In this document: piece after piece, positions 61,651 through 64,000 of the stretch
How the letters are laid out: the number at the start of each line of letters is the position of its first letter
Position numbering within the stretch: the stretch's first letter is position 1
Source: an uncultured Spirochaetota bacterium
GTDB lineage: Bacteria; Spirochaetota; Spirochaetia; SZUA-6; Fen-1364
Reading direction: 5' to 3'
Assembly (NCBI GenBank): GCA_963734545.1
Contig: CAVTHO010000003.1
Coordinates: forward strand, 384,001 to 448,000
Length of the DNA stretch: 64,000 nucleotides
Position numbers and translations under genes: made by a program
The notes under the pieces: generated by a model
The model's input: the letters and a program-made list of their open reading frames with translations, nothing else
Databases searched by the model: none
Told to the model about the DNA's origin: nothing

Positions 61651-63115
61651 GTGAAGAGGCTCGTGATCATCGGCGGAGGCATTGCCCGGGCTTTCCGCGG
61701 CCTGGCAGGCAGCACGGCGGGGCGCGGCATCCCGGGGCCCGGCATCCCGGCCGGACCTGCAGATCACGCTCATCGAGCGTGACGAGCAGGTGGGCGGGAA
61801 GATCCAGTCCGAATCGATCGACGGCTTCGTCCTGGAAGGAGGGCCGGACAGCTTTCTCACGACCAGGCCGGAGGCCCTGCGGCTCTGCGAGGACCTGGGC
61901 ATTTCGGCCAGGCTGATTCCCCGGACCCCGCGCAAGGTCCATTCCTTCATCATGCACAATCATGTCCTCTCGCCCCTGCCGCAGGGATTTTCGGGCATGG
62001 TGCCCATGGACACCGCCGCCCTGGCCGCCAGTCCCCTCCTGTCCGAGAGGGGCAAGCGACGCGCGCTGGAGAAGCCTGCGCAGGAGTGGACTGACGGGGA
62101 CGATGAATCGGTTGCCGCTTTCATGATCCGAAGGTTCGGCGAAGAGGCGTACCAGCTTCTCGTCGAGCCCCTCGTGGGGGGCATCCACGCGGGAGACGCG
62201 TCCCTGCTCAGCCGTGACGCCATCCTGCGCCCTCCTCGAGGGTCCGCCGAGGCAGGCACGGCCGCCGGGCCGGGCAGAGCACCCGAGCCGGGCAGAGCAG
62301 CCGAGCCGGGCAGAGCACCCGAGCCGGGCAGAGCAGCCGAGCCGGGCAGCGGCAGCACTCCGCCGTTCCTGTCATTTCCACGCGGGACCGCGGAGCTTGT
62401 CCACGCGCTGGAAGATCAGCTCGCGGGAGTCACGATTCTCCGTGGGACCAGGGTGGAATCGGTGAGGCGGCACGAAGCCGGCTTCCTTGTCGAAACAGCA
62501 GGCAGGGCGCGGCACGAAGCTGATGCGCTGATCATCGCCACCCCGTCGCATGTTACTGCCCGGCTGGTCGCGCCGTTGGACTCGGCCCTGCGGGAAGCGC
62601 TCGGGCAGATTCAGTCTGCCTCCACCGTCGTCATCCATCTGGCCTACCGGCGCGCGGATGTCGCGCACCCGCTGGACGGCTACGGATACCTGATACCGGA
62701 CGTCGAGCACAGTGACCTGGTTGCCTGCACCTGGAGCTCGCAAAAGTGGGAGGGCCGCGCGCCTTCGGAACACGTGCTGCTGCGGCTCATGGCAGGCCGG
62801 TTCGGACGCCGGGATCCTCTGGGCAGGTCCAACCATGAGCTCTTCGCGCTCGCCCGCGGCGAGCTGTCGGCGACGCTCGGAATCACAGCGGTTCCGGTCC
62901 TGCAGCGGGTTCACCGTTGGGAGCGCGGAATGCCGCAGTACACTGTCGGTCACGTCGGCCGGGTGGACGCCATCAACGCGCGTGTCGCAGCCCTTCCCGG
63001 GCTGTTTCTTGCCGGTTCGTCGTACGGAGGCGTCGGGATTCCCCAGTGCGTGGAATCCGGGGCCCGGGCGGCAGAGGGCGCATGCGCCTATTTCAAAAGA
63101 CAGGGGGAGCACTAA
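61651..63115 (+). CDS. hemY: Coproporphyrinogen/protoporphyrinogen oxidase (HemY/CgoX); frameshift near 61686
   Basis: [38 protein letters not shown]. Confidence 0.92.
62269..62349 (+). repeat. In-frame 18-bp tandem repeat (4.5 copies) encoding (PGRA[P/A]E)n in hemY
   Basis: gccgggcagagca(c/g)ccga units alternate, giving a 36-bp higher-order period. Confidence 0.92.
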
Positions 63116-64000
63116 ATGGGCTCACAGAAATCGCCATTGAACGTCGAAAGGTCCCGCGCGCTCTTTGCCGAGGCCGTCACGCTTCTCCCCGGGGGAGTCG
63201 ATTCTCCTGTTCGGGCATTCAAGGCAGTCGGCGGCGAGCCCCTCTTCATCGAACGGGGGGAAGGGCCCTGGCTCTTCGACGTGGACGGCAACCGCTATAT
63301 CGACTACGTCCTCTCGTGGGGACCCCTGGTGCTCGGGCACGCGCACCCGCGCGTGGTCTCCGCGCTGATCCAGGCGGCATCCCGCGGCACCAGCTTCGGC
63401 GCCCCGAGCCCCCTGGAGCTGGATCTGGCCCGGCTCGTTCGCGGGCTCATGCCGAGCGTCGAGCTGATCCGGTTCGTCAATTCTGGAACAGAGGCGGTGA
63501 TGAGCGCGCTGCGCCTTGCCCGGGCGTTCACCGGCAGGGACAAGATCGTGAAATTCGCCGGCGGCTACCACGGTCACGCCGACATGCTGCTCGTGCAGGC
63601 CGGCTCCGGGGCCGCGACTCTCGGATTGCCCGATTCGCCGGGCGTGCCGGCCGCGGTCACGGCAGACACCCTCTCCTGCGCCTACAACAACCTTGAAGCA
63701 GTGGAGGAGGTCTTCCACCGCCAGCGGGGCAGGATCGCGGCGGTGATCGTGGAGCCTGTTGCGGGCAACATGGGCGTCGTTCTGCCGGAACCGGATTTCC
63801 TGCAGGGCCTCCGCGCCATCACGAAAGCGGACGGCGCGCTCCTGATATTCGACGAGGTGATGACCGGGTTCCGGGTCCACCTGGGCGGCGCCCAGGCCTT
63901 GTACGGGGTCACGCCGGATCTCTCGGTGCTGGGCAAGGTCATCGGGGGCGGCATGCCGGTGGGCGCCTACGGGGGACGCCGTGACATCATGGGGCTGGTG
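63116..64000 (+). CDS. hemL: Glutamate-1-semialdehyde 2,1-aminomutase (partial)
   Basis: Manual translation [39 protein letters not shown]. Confidence 0.97.
   Translation, partial: MGSQKSPLNVERSRALFAEAVTLLPGGVDSPVRAFKAVGGEPLFIERGEGPWLFDVDGNRYIDYVLSWGPLVLGHAHPRVVSALIQAASRGTSFGAPSPLELDLARLVRGLMPSVELIRFVNSGTEAVMSALRLARAFTGRDKIVKFAGGYHGHADMLLVQAGSGAATLGLPDSPGVPAAVTADTLSCAYNNLEAVEEVFHRQRGRIAAVIVEPVAGNMGVVLPEPDFLQGLRAITKADGALLIFDEVMTGFRVHLGGAQALYGVTPDLSVLGKVIGGGMPVGAYGGRRDIMGLV

Noticed and set aside
59-63954. Numerous long antisense or alternate-frame ORFs (e.g. 45496..48165 +, 56165..58156 -)
   Set aside because: These are shadow ORFs expected at high GC. They overlap motif-supported genes and have no recognisable motifs.
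1-64000. About a dozen frameshifted genes as pseudogenes or programmed frameshifts
   Set aside because: Single-base shifts are scattered through unrelated genes (glpK, ATPase, hemY) that keep intact motifs, and no in-frame stops were noticed. This fits uncorrected long-read indels better than gene decay.

Overview
GC-rich bacterial chromosomal window with about 50 genes. It is probably an uncultured Spirochaetia genome (inferred from the long spirochaete-type thymidine kinase, a DUF6657-like gene and many lipoproteins). About a dozen genes are broken by single-base frameshifts that look like long-read consensus errors. No rRNA, tRNA, CRISPR array or transposase is visible. In order, the window holds: glpK, tdk, a P-type ATPase, an EndoQ/PHP-UvrD fusion, a class V aminotransferase, an M16 peptidase, a GH20, a GNAT, two MFS transporters, a DsrM/TmcC-like cytochrome b + Fe-S + metV + metF operon, a GH88/cupin/Gfo/SDR sugar cluster, GMC + ALDH, four class III nucleotide cyclases, a duplicated 'secreted protein + lipoprotein' operon under a LuxR regulator, DUF6390/EamA/BHMT/SolA, REC-TrxB with a cNMP histidine kinase, and a coproporphyrin-dependent heme operon. 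Three signals stand out. (1) The cytochrome b upstream of metVF carries a signal peptide and two flavinylation-like D-A-x-[ST]-x-A-[ST] motifs, suggesting an extracytoplasmic-FMN-to-MTHFR electron conduit. (2) A dispersed hairpin repeat family (core CCRCGG-TAYN-CCGYGG-ATTC, 9 loci) shows compensatory stem changes, in-frame insertions into proteins, and copies nested in its own loop. (3) Many genes have sigma70 promoters placed for leaderless transcripts.
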